Shown in pieces: positions 1 to 7,971 of a stretch of 41,018 nucleotides of DNA (positions are counted from its first letter, which is position 1; each line of letters opens with the position of its first letter). Position numbers and translations under genes: made by a program. Under the pieces are notes generated by a model. The model did no database searches, had not been told where the DNA came from, and worked only from the letters and a program-made list of their open reading frames with translations. The stretch is from a virus (taxonomy: Duplodnaviria > Caudoviricetes): positions 1 through 41,018 of the IMG/VR virus record IMGVR_UViG_3300012943_000018; one strand, written 5' to 3'.

Positions 1-123
1 CTCCGTGTACCGCACAGCGATCGAGCAGGGCCTCTCTAAGGACCGCGCGGCCGCGCTCGCGAAGGAGGCGTCGGTGAACTTCAACCGCATGGGCAAAGGC
101 GGCCCGGTCATCAACGGCCTCTA
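1..123. repeat. Terminal direct repeat (identical to 40896-41018); circular-assembly overlap
   Basis: The first 123 nt match the last 123 nt exactly, and one reading frame runs through the junction. Confidence 0.95.
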
Positions 124-1273
124 TATGTTCTCGAACGCATCCATCCAGGGTTCCGCGAAAATGATCCGCTCGCTCCGGAATCCGAAGGTGCTCGCCGGCG
201 TCACGGCCGCCATCGGCGCGTCCGTCTCTGCGGTGAACGAATGGAACGACCGGGTGGACCCGGAATGGCGTCAGCATATCTCCACGTGGGACCGCCTGAA
301 CTCCCTTCCTGTGGCTCTCCCATCGGACGACGGAACCGTGCGCTACATCTCCGTACCGGTCTCCTGGGGCATGAAGCCGATCATGGTCATGGCGAACTAT
401 GCCTACGACGCTATGGCCGGCCAGGGCTTCGACGGTGCGAAGGCGACCGAGGACGTATTCACGGCCATCACAGAGGCATACAACCCGATGGGCGGTTCGG
501 ACCCGCTCTCGGCTGCGACGCCGACCATCCTCGACGTGCCGTTCGAGATCGGCCGCAACCTTTCGTGGGCGGGCGGTCCTATCAAGCCGGACCGCGATCC
601 GTACGCTCCCGAGTCCATCAAGTATTTCGATTCGCTCGAGAAGAAGCAGTCCGGACGCGCATTCATCGGGTTCTCGAAGATGCTCTCGGAGCACGGCATC
701 GAGGTATCGCCGGCCGACCTGAACTACGCATACGAGCAGTACATCTCGGGCGCGGGCCGCGCGGTCACGAAGACGGCGAACACGCTCTTCGGCGCTGCGA
801 CCGGCAAGCTCCCGCCTATCAGCGAGTTCCCGTTCATCTCCCGTTTCTATAAGCAGAAGCTCGAGGACGAGGTATTCGATACCGAATCGAACGATGCCAT
901 CAAGCAGCTCATGTCAGGCGACACGAAGGAGAAGTTCTATGACCAGAAGAAGGCCGAGGAGGAATGGGCGAACCTCAAGGAGCTCACGCCAGCCGAGAAG
1001 AAAGAGCGTCTCAAGGCGCTCGCGGTGGAGAATCCGGACTTCGTGAGCAAGGTGCTCGACGTGGGCGAAGCCGAGCAGATGGGCCTCACGGGGAAGGAGA
1101 AGCAGCTCAAGTACGCGTCCGTCGCCGTGCGCGCGGAGTACATCGCGAACGAGATCGCGAAGGCTAAAACGAAAGATGAGCGCAAAGCGCTCATCCTGAA
1201 CTACCGGGAAAAGAAGATCCTCACGGACTCCGTTCTCGACGCGATGTCGGAGCTACTCCCCGAGAAGCAGTAA
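2..1273 (+). CDS. C-terminal part of the giant internal virion/ejection protein (LPD38-like C-terminal domain); continues from 37912
   Basis: In frame with the ORF starting at 37912 across the terminal repeat; segments SVNFNRMGKGG...LYMFSNASIQG and DLNYAYEQYISGAG resemble LPD38-type domains. Confidence 0.75.
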   Translation, partial: SVYRTAIEQGLSKDRAAALAKEASVNFNRMGKGGPVINGLYMFSNASIQGSAKMIRSLRNPKVLAGVTAAIGASVSAVNEWNDRVDPEWRQHISTWDRLNSLPVALPSDDGTVRYISVPVSWGMKPIMVMANYAYDAMAGQGFDGAKATEDVFTAITEAYNPMGGSDPLSAATPTILDVPFEIGRNLSWAGGPIKPDRDPYAPESIKYFDSLEKKQSGRAFIGFSKMLSEHGIEVSPADLNYAYEQYISGAGRAVTKTANTLFGAATGKLPPISEFPFISRFYKQKLEDEVFDTESNDAIKQLMSGDTKEKFYDQKKAEEEWANLKELTPAEKKERLKALAVENPDFVSKVLDVGEAEQMGLTGKEKQLKYASVAVRAEYIANEIAKAKTKDERKALILNYREKKILTDSVLDAMSELLPEKQ

Positions 1274-1606
1274 ACGCTTCGCCTCGAGGCGCTCGAGCTT
1301 TTCATTCAACTTCGCGATATCGCGGTCGAGCTTCTTGAGTGCCTTCGTCTCCTTCGAGGTCAGCACCTTCTCGGGTGCGGCTTTCGCGAACGAGCTCGCG
1401 GCCGGCGTGCTGGTCGCCTGCGTAGTCGTCGCTGCGGCGTCGAGCTTCACCATCTCTCCTGTGGTCAAGGGGATGAAGTCACATTGAACGCCCTTGCAGG
1501 TCGCGCGCATCTTGAGGATCTGCGCGTCCGTCGGATGCGTAGCCGCCTGACTATGGAACGGAGCCATGACGAGGATGGCCGCGATGACGATGATGAGTTT
1601 CTTCAT
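1253..1606 (-). CDS. Secreted/exported hypothetical protein (117 aa), counter-oriented
   Basis: N-terminal signal peptide MKKLIIVIAAILVMAPFHSQAA; C-terminal coiled coil; has its own promoter. Confidence 0.75.
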   Translation of the reverse strand: MKKLIIVIAAILVMAPFHSQAATHPTDAQILKMRATCKGVQCDFIPLTTGEMVKLDAAATTTQATSTPAASSFAKAAPEKVLTSKETKALKKLDRDIAKLNEKLERLEAKRLLLLGE

Positions 1607-1660
1607 ATATCCACACACTACACCTTCCCTCTCTTCCGTCAAGTGGTATCATGGGGAGCA
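1607..1660. promoter_or_regulatory. Divergent sigma70-type promoters with an operator and a DnaA-box-like site
   Basis: Minus strand: TTGACG (1637-1642), 16 nt, TAGTGT (1615-1620). Plus strand: TGnTATCAT (1644-1652). CTTCCGTCA at 1633-1641; ATATCCACA at 1607-1615. Confidence 0.6.
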
Positions 1661-2524
1661 ATGAAAACCCTCTCCGTGGCCATCATCGCCAAGAACGAGG
1701 AAGCCCTTATACGCCGATGCCTTGAGTCCGTCCGGGGCGCGGACCAGATCGTAGTCGTCGACACGGGAAGCACGGACAGGACCATGCAGATCGCACGCGA
1801 ATGCGGCGCGGAAGTCCATGAGTTCCCCTGGATAGACGATTTTGCGGCCGCACGGAACGAGGCGCTCAAGCATTGCACGAGCGACTACGTGCTCTCCATC
1901 GACTGCGATGAGGTGCTCGACCCGCGCGGCATCGCACGCGTCCGGCAGTCCATCGAGACGGGCCTGCGCGGATACGCCATCACCATGAAAGCCGAGGGCT
2001 TCCCGCAATACCACTATCCCGTGCGCCTCTTCAAGCGCGACCCGGATATCTACTGGGTCGGTCGCGGGCATGAGGCGGTGAACGTCGGAGCCGAGGAGCA
2101 GACGAGCATCCTCATCACGTACGGCTACTCGCCGGCGCATGACAAGGACCCGGACCGTATGCTCCGCATCATGCAGAAGGCGCACGGCGACGAGCGCAGC
2201 GGCCGGAACTGCTACTATCTGGCGCGCGAGTTCTACTACCGGAAGCGGTATGACGACGCCATCGTTCAGTTCGAGGAATGCCTCCGCGTCTCGACGTGGA
2301 TGGCGGAGAAGGCGGACGCGCAGCTCTATATCGCCCGGTGCTACTGGTACACCGGCCGGGGCGACCAGGCGCGCGCCGCCGCATTCGAGGCCGTGCGCCT
2401 GAATCCGATGTTCAAGGAGGCTCTCCTCTTCCTTTCCGAAACGCACTATTCCCCGCACAAGGAAGCGTGGGCTATACTTGCAGGAGCAGCAGATAACACG
2501 GGCGTCTTATTCGTAAGGACCTAA
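1661..2524 (+). CDS. Glycosyltransferase family 2 with C-terminal TPR repeats
   Basis: LSVAIIAKNEE, VVDTGSTD, DFAAARN, IDCDE (DxD) and GRGHE motifs; TPR-like YYLAREFY / LYIARCY; start at ATG 1661 after a -10 box. Confidence 0.9.
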   Translation: MKTLSVAIIAKNEEALIRRCLESVRGADQIVVVDTGSTDRTMQIARECGAEVHEFPWIDDFAAARNEALKHCTSDYVLSIDCDEVLDPRGIARVRQSIETGLRGYAITMKAEGFPQYHYPVRLFKRDPDIYWVGRGHEAVNVGAEEQTSILITYGYSPAHDKDPDRMLRIMQKAHGDERSGRNCYYLAREFYYRKRYDDAIVQFEECLRVSTWMAEKADAQLYIARCYWYTGRGDQARAAAFEAVRLNPMFKEALLFLSETHYSPHKEAWAILAGAADNTGVLFVRT

Positions 2525-2527
2525 GCT

Positions 2528-3553
2528 ATGGATGATGAAATGAAGATCAAGGGCAGCGCGGCGATCCCGGCAGAAGCGCCGGCAACCGCCTTCAAGGACG
2601 AGGAGATCGCGGCGACGGCTGTCCCGACTGTCCAGCCGTTCTCGCACTCGAAGATCACGTCGCTTTCCGCGACGACGTTCGACCAATGGTATACGAGCTC
2701 GTGCGTATTCCATGCGTTCCTCACCGCGCTCGAGTATCTCGGCATCATCACGAAGGAACAGGTGAAGAGCCAGCTCCTCGCGTACCGCAAGCGCACGAAC
2801 TATCCGGCCGAAGGCTCCATCGCATACGACGCATGGGATGTCATCCGCGCCGGCACGTCGCCGTACGCCGACGGTCCGACCAAGAGCGGCATGACCGAAG
2901 CGATGGCGGCGGCCATGAAGGTCATCGCCGGCCTCCCTGTGCTCAAGGACCTCTTCAACTACTACGAGATCACGGACTACACGAAGATCGCGGGATACGT
3001 CGCGGCCGGCAAGCCGGTCCCGGTATTCATCTATGCGACCGAGGACGAATGGGCGCACGAGTACGTCGATATCAAGACGCCGGGGCTTTCCATAAACGAC
3101 GCCTACGTGCGCCACGCGGTCGTCCTCATTCCGGAGGGAGACTTCACCGAGAACGGGGTCCAGCGCTTCTCCATCCATGACTCCGCGAAGTTCGGCGGCC
3201 TCCACCTGCGCCATGCGTCGCTCGAGTTCGTCCTCAAGCGCGCGTACTACGCAGCTCGCCTCGAGCTCAAGAGCGCGCCACCAGTCGTCGATCCTCCGGT
3301 CGTCGACCGCATCCCGGACGTTGCCTGCGCGCTGAACGACCGCGGCGACGCCGTGCTCGCGCTTCAGCGCTTCCTGTTCGACCAGGGCAAGCTCAAGGCG
3401 GAATACGTGACCGGCTTCTATGGAGCGCTCACCGCGCGCGCCGTCCTGTGGTATCAGCTCGAGAAGTGGCAACAGTTCACCTCCACGATCCCGGATCTGC
3501 TCGACCTGAACGGCGAAAACTGGGGCCCACAGTCCATCGCGACGCTCGGATAG
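2528..3553 (+). CDS. Putative endolysin: papain-like cysteine peptidase plus peptidoglycan-binding domain
   Basis: DQWYTSSCVFHA (Gln/Cys), RHAVVL (His) and IHDS; C-terminal LNDRGDAVLALQRFL...TGFYGALTARAV is PGBD-like. Confidence 0.75.
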   Translation: MDDEMKIKGSAAIPAEAPATAFKDEEIAATAVPTVQPFSHSKITSLSATTFDQWYTSSCVFHAFLTALEYLGIITKEQVKSQLLAYRKRTNYPAEGSIAYDAWDVIRAGTSPYADGPTKSGMTEAMAAAMKVIAGLPVLKDLFNYYEITDYTKIAGYVAAGKPVPVFIYATEDEWAHEYVDIKTPGLSINDAYVRHAVVLIPEGDFTENGVQRFSIHDSAKFGGLHLRHASLEFVLKRAYYAARLELKSAPPVVDPPVVDRIPDVACALNDRGDAVLALQRFLFDQGKLKAEYVTGFYGALTARAVLWYQLEKWQQFTSTIPDLLDLNGENWGPQSIATLG

Positions 3554-3561
3554 ATGTCCCC

Positions 3562-3585
3562 TGCGGGCCCCTAGCAGGGTCCGCA
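3562..3585 (+). terminator. GC-rich hairpin after the endolysin gene (no U-tract)
   Basis: TGCGGGCCC-ctagca-GGGTCCGCA. Confidence 0.35.
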
Positions 3586-3605
3586 TGGCGGTATAATGAA
3601 TGGGT

Positions 3606-3794
3606 ATGAATACCAATACGAACCTGTCTGTGGGCGACCTCGCTTCCGCGCTCGGAGGAGCCGGACTCACGTTGCTCACGACCCAGTTGAACGTCGCCCT
3701 CATTCTCGTCGGGATCGCCGTGGCCCTCAAGGTCCTCGTCGCGGTCCTCTCGAAGTACGGAATCGAGGTATCGAGCCACGCACCGCTCGGCTAA
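3606..3794 (+). CDS. Putative holin (small hydrophobic membrane protein)
   Basis: 62 aa with two hydrophobic segments, located between two muralytic genes; TATAAT at 3592-3597. Confidence 0.6.
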   Translation: MNTNTNLSVGDLASALGGAGLTLLTTQLNVALILVGIAVALKVLVAVLSKYGIEVSSHAPLG

Positions 3795-3804
3795 TCACCT
3801 GCCT

Positions 3805-4335
3805 ATAAAATACCTCCTCGCCATCGGCGTCGGAGCGGTACTGTTCCTGTGCTGGTTCGCACCCGTGAAGTCCCTCGTATCCGCTCCTGAAGCGCCTACA
3901 GCCGTCCTAGCGCCTCTCCCGGACACTCGGGCATCCGATATCGCGGATGCCATCTACGAGGCCGAGGGGCGCTGTCACAGCCTCCACGGAGCCTCCGGGG
4001 AGTACGGGTGCTATCAGTATCAGGCCGCCACATGGCGGGCCTATTCTGTGGCCGTAGCCGGGTCCGTGCTGCCGCACACCCCCCAGAACGAGCGCATGGT
4101 CACGGAGGGGATGATAAAAAAATGGCTCGCCGAAGGTAAGAGCGAGCGCTGGATCTTCCTCGAATGGAACCAGGGGAACGGCGACGGATGGGGACCGGGC
4201 ACGAAGGACTGCTATGCCGGCGTGAACAGCTCCGGCGTCGCGTACGACTCCTGCGACTACGCCGCGCGCGCTACCGCTTTCCTCGAGGAATCTCGACGAC
4301 CTTCTCCGCTATCTCCTTCGCCCGTTCTGCCGTAA
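3805..4335 (+). CDS. Lytic transglycosylase-like protein with N-terminal signal/anchor (probable ATA start)
   Basis: AIYEAEG...SGEYGCYQYQAATW lysozyme-fold motif; the frame upstream of GTG 3865 reads IKYLLAIGVGAVLFLCWFAP. Confidence 0.65.
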   Translation: MKYLLAIGVGAVLFLCWFAPVKSLVSAPEAPTAVLAPLPDTRASDIADAIYEAEGRCHSLHGASGEYGCYQYQAATWRAYSVAVAGSVLPHTPQNERMVTEGMIKKWLAEGKSERWIFLEWNQGNGDGWGPGTKDCYAGVNSSGVAYDSCDYAARATAFLEESRRPSPLSPSPVLP

Positions 4336-4675
4336 GGGACTTGCGCGCGCTGGTCCTTTTCTCGTTTCCCCATACGGAGGCGCTGATGAGCACGAAGAAT
4401 CCGGGGAACTTCACGACCACGTATGCGGCCGCAAGCCGGAGGTACACGATGTCGCAGGGCTTATAGCCGCGGCTCTCGTCGCTGATCTTGTGGATCAGGC
4501 CCTCGGGTCCCCATACTGCCGCGAGCGCCTCGAGCTGATGGTCCTCGACCGCGCTGAACGGGATGCTCTTGCCGGTCGTCTGCTTGAGCTCGAAGGCCGC
4601 GCCGGTGATGCGCGGGAGCGGATTCGTATGGAGCCAATGCCTGAAGAGCATGGTGAAGGACGCCTCTCTTTTCAT
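4271..4675 (-). CDS. RecU-like / PD-(D/E)XK Holliday junction resolvase
   Basis: MKREASF..., AFELKQT, HQLEAL and KPCD; start overlaps the methyltransferase stop (ATGA). Confidence 0.6.
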   Translation of the reverse strand: MKREASFTMLFRHWLHTNPLPRITGAAFELKQTTGKSIPFSAVEDHQLEALAAVWGPEGLIHKISDESRGYKPCDIVYLRLAAAYVVVKFPGFFVLISASVWGNEKRTSARKSLTAERAKEIAEKVVEIPRGKR

Positions 4676-5427
4676 ACTGGGTATTTTTTTAGAAACCATT
4701 CCGGATGATTTATCGGACCCGCAGCTCCTCCGATATTGAAGGCCATCTTCTCTCCGAAACTAGATAGCACGTCATTGCGAGAGCCGAGAATGAGAACGCG
4801 TCGCCGGCGTTGCGGCACGCCGTAGTCGGCTGCATCATGGATATCCCACGTCACCTGATATCCGGAGTTCGCGAGGTCGTCGCAGATCATCCGTATGACG
4901 CGACCCTTCTCCATGCTGACAAGGCCCGGCACGTTCTCAAGAAAGAACGTCTTAGGCATAGCCTCGCGTATGATACGTACGCATTCCTGGTATAAAAGAT
5001 TCCGTTTGTCTTTCGTATGATCGCTTCGGTCGGTAGCACTATTCGCCATCGAAAACCCCTGACACGGGAAGCCGCCCTCGAGCATAGTCGCTTCTCCGAC
5101 CCGGAGCTTTCCCGCGGCGAGTATCTCCTCTGTGGTCGTCTTCGTGATATCGACGTTCATGATGGTCGGGACACCTTGCGTCTTTCGATATTTTTTCGGG
5201 ATGGTGCGTGGACCGTTTTCATCGGTCCAGTTTCGACGAAGCGTAGAACACGCGTATTTATCCCACTCGACCATAACGCGAACATCGAAGCCCGCCATCA
5301 TGACGCCGAGAGCCGCACCGCCGCAGCCGGAGAAAAGTGATATGCACGTGAGAGGCTTTGCGTCCTTTTTCAAGTAGGCCATATCCTCGAGCGGCATAGT
5401 TCCGAGGTGTTTTCGTTCAGTCTTCAT
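4672..5427 (-). CDS. DNA (cytosine-5) methyltransferase, apparently lacking C-terminal motifs IX/X
   Basis: SLFSGCGG (motif I), GGFPCQGFS (IV), LENVPG (VI), PQRRRR (VIII). Confidence 0.9.
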   Translation of the reverse strand: MKTERKHLGTMPLEDMAYLKKDAKPLTCISLFSGCGGAALGVMMAGFDVRVMVEWDKYACSTLRRNWTDENGPRTIPKKYRKTQGVPTIMNVDITKTTTEEILAAGKLRVGEATMLEGGFPCQGFSMANSATDRSDHTKDKRNLLYQECVRIIREAMPKTFFLENVPGLVSMEKGRVIRMICDDLANSGYQVTWDIHDAADYGVPQRRRRVLILGSRNDVLSSFGEKMAFNIGGAAGPINHPEWFLKKYPV

Positions 5428-5684
5428 AGGCTCGGTCTCCGGTCGCTATAATCCGCGCTCGGTATCTTGTGGCCCAGGTTGTTCAGTTCCGCGAAGTTCG
5501 AGTCCTCCGTGAAGCGCTTCGAGCGTGGGCGCGAGAGGTCGCGCACGATCTCGTTGAACCGCTCGTCCGTTATGGAAAAATCACAGGAGGCATTGCCGCA
5601 TTCGTACCGGTCATCGAGGAGCCCGTGCGTGAGCTTCGTGCTGCACTTCGGGCATTGCGCCACTTTTAGATTCGGCCAGTTCAT
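5424..5684 (-). CDS. Small zinc-ribbon protein
   Basis: CPKC...CGNASC; translationally coupled on both sides. Confidence 0.7.
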   Translation of the reverse strand: MNWPNLKVAQCPKCSTKLTHGLLDDRYECGNASCDFSITDERFNEIVRDLSRPRSKRFTEDSNFAELNNLGHKIPSADYSDRRPSL

Positions 5685-6967
5685 ACGGTCTCGGCGTAGA
5701 TGCGCTCGTTGAAGTCGCTCTTGTTCCGGAGCGCCTTATCGACCGCCTCATCGGTCCCGCCCTTCACGACGAGGTTGATGTAGAGGTTCTTCTTGATGTT
5801 GTTCGCACGCTGGATGCGACCGAGCGCCTGGTCGTAGTCGACGAAAGAATACGTGCGGCTCGCGAATATCATGACCGGGTACTCCGGCAACTCCCAGCCG
5901 GCGCTGATCTGCGCCTGGACCACGAAGACGTTCTTCTCCCGGCGGTTCGCTTCGGCGATGACCTCGCCGCGGTTCTTCGTCTCGCCGGTCATCTGTAGGA
6001 CGTTGTAGCCTGCCTTCGCGACGGCGGTCGAGATGGCGTCGATCTGCGCCGTGTACTTCGCGAAGACGACCATGCGAGGGAACTCGGCCGCGTACTCGAG
6101 GATCTTGTCGATCTTCTCCGAGGGGAACGTCTCGGATTCCGCGAACTCGTTCCCGATGAGCACGCCGTTCTCTACCTGATGGCGCTTGCCGACGCGCACT
6201 ATAGGCTCCGGGTACTCGAGCGTGAGCTTCTTGATGCGGTCCTTCTGCTTCTGCGAGAGCTCGATATGGTCCGTCCGGAACGTCTGGTCCGGCACGTCGA
6301 AGAAGTCCTCGAGACGGCCGGTATAGCCGTACTCGCGCACGAGCGCGGCGAGCTTGTCCTTCGTGGCGCTGTCGTTCTTCGGAGCCCATACCTCGCGCCC
6401 CGGCATCGGGAGGCGAGTATAGAACTCGAAGCGGAACTGGTAGAAGTCCTGGATATCGCCGGGGCGCTTGCCCAGGATGACGCCGGCCGCCCATACGGTG
6501 AACGGCGACTTCGCGATGGTGGCGGAGCACAGGTAGATGCGGCTCGGCTTCACGCGCAGCACGTATGCGAGGAGCGCCTCGTAGCGCTGGCTCGCCTTCG
6601 GGATAGGCTGGCGGTTCTTCTGGCGCGTGTTCGGCGTCACCCCGAGCATCCCGTGAGCCTCGTCGACAACGAGCGTATCGCACCGCTCGAGCTTCTCGTG
6701 GTCGCGCTTGAAGATATCGAACGTCATCTCCTTCACGTCCGTCGGGAGGTATTTCGATTCGTACCGCTGCGGTCCGCCGCCGAGAAGCTCGAGCTCGCGG
6801 AACCAGTTGCGGTCCTCATACTGCGTCTTCGGCATCAGGATGAGCGTCGTCTTCCGGGAGAGGAGGCACGCGATGGTCGTCTTGCCGGAACCGGTTCCGA
6901 GGAAGAGACCGACCTTTTCGAGATCGTCCTCGAGTACCTGCCGCTGATGTTCGTAGAGGTGTCTCAT
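5681..6967 (-). CDS. SF2 (SNF2/DEAH-like) helicase
   Basis: GTGSGKT Walker A, VVDEAH, SAT and QALGRIQR motifs. Confidence 0.9.
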   Translation of the reverse strand: MRHLYEHQRQVLEDDLEKVGLFLGTGSGKTTIACLLSRKTTLILMPKTQYEDRNWFRELELLGGGPQRYESKYLPTDVKEMTFDIFKRDHEKLERCDTLVVDEAHGMLGVTPNTRQKNRQPIPKASQRYEALLAYVLRVKPSRIYLCSATIAKSPFTVWAAGVILGKRPGDIQDFYQFRFEFYTRLPMPGREVWAPKNDSATKDKLAALVREYGYTGRLEDFFDVPDQTFRTDHIELSQKQKDRIKKLTLEYPEPIVRVGKRHQVENGVLIGNEFAESETFPSEKIDKILEYAAEFPRMVVFAKYTAQIDAISTAVAKAGYNVLQMTGETKNRGEVIAEANRREKNVFVVQAQISAGWELPEYPVMIFASRTYSFVDYDQALGRIQRANNIKKNLYINLVVKGGTDEAVDKALRNKSDFNERIYAETV

Positions 6968-7423
6968 GCTCGCTTATAGAACGCTTCTGTATTCGGTTCC
7001 TTCCCGTATACCAATACGACGGAGGGAAAAGGCGCTGATCCTTTGTCCGAGAATCGAACGCGCCCCTGAAAGAATCGGACCTGCGCTTTGCCATGAACGA
7101 AGTTGCAAAACCATCTCGTCTCGACTCTCGCCGGCACAAGCAGAATGGAGAATGCCCCCCCCCTGTGATTCTTCATATGCCTTTTTTGCGAACTCGGCGC
7201 AGAGAGAATACGGAGGGTTGCAGAACGTCCATTTACCTTTAGGCCACGGCTTCTCCAGACCATTCATCTCCTTCGTATAGAACTTCTTCACCAGCGCATT
7301 TTCAGGAGTTGCAGCAGCATCAAGAGAAAAACGGAACTCTTTATTTAGAGCATCAAAAAGCCATTTCGGAGTATGCCACTCGTCGCTATTGTGCGAGAAC
7401 ATTGCTTTCTTTTCTTTTTTCAT
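6964..7423 (-). pseudogene. Phage Dam-family N6-adenine DNA methyltransferase, frameshifted at a G9 tract (7155-7163)
   Basis: DEWHTP, LDAAA and FCNPPYS lie in one frame; LLVPARVETRWF, GRVRF and APFPS lie in another; a G8 tract gives an intact 152-aa protein. Confidence 0.85.
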
Positions 7424-7971
7424 ACCTTCGTCAGCTTCATGTATACCTCCATCGCCTTCCGCGCGCCGTTGAGCGCGCGGTGCATCTTCGGCTCCGGCTC
7501 GATGCCGAGGTACGCGCAGACGGTCTTGAGCGAGTATCCGTTCACCTTCGCTTTCGGTATCTTGAACCACGCCATGCTCATCACGCAGATGCGATGGTAG
7601 TGGAACGGGTCCGCCATGTTCGTCTTCCGATACGCTTCCTCCATGAAGGACCAGTCGAACGTCACGTTGTACGCGAGGAATGATGCGCCCTCGCACGCCT
7701 CCGCGAGCTGCGCCAGGGCATCGCGCAAGCTGATGGCGTGCTTCCACTCCTTCTCGTTGTAGCCGTTCAGCTCGAGCGCCTTTGGGTCGGCCGCCTCGAT
7801 GTTCGTCGGCTTGATCTTCGCCTCGAACTCCCGGAGCGTATTCTTCTCCACGTCGTACACGATGACGCCTATCTCGAGGATCTCGTGCCTGTTCGGGGAA
7901 AGGCCGCTCGTCTCGAGGTCGACGAAGGCGATCTTCTTCGGCTGGTAGCTGGTCGGCGGGACGATTCTCAT
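7420..7971 (-). CDS. DEDDh 3'-5' exonuclease (DnaQ-like)
   Basis: FVDLETSG, AYNVTFDWSF and HRALNGA motifs. Confidence 0.9.
   Translation of the reverse strand: MRIVPPTSYQPKKIAFVDLETSGLSPNRHEILEIGVIVYDVEKNTLREFEAKIKPTNIEAADPKALELNGYNEKEWKHAISLRDALAQLAEACEGASFLAYNVTFDWSFMEEAYRKTNMADPFHYHRICVMSMAWFKIPKAKVNGYSLKTVCAYLGIEPEPKMHRALNGARKAMEVYMKLTKV

Noticed and set aside
3600-3608. Lambda S-like dual-start holin (Met-Gly-Met)
   Set aside because: There is no charged residue between the starts, and the first ATG lies only 2 nt after the -10 box, probably upstream of the TSS
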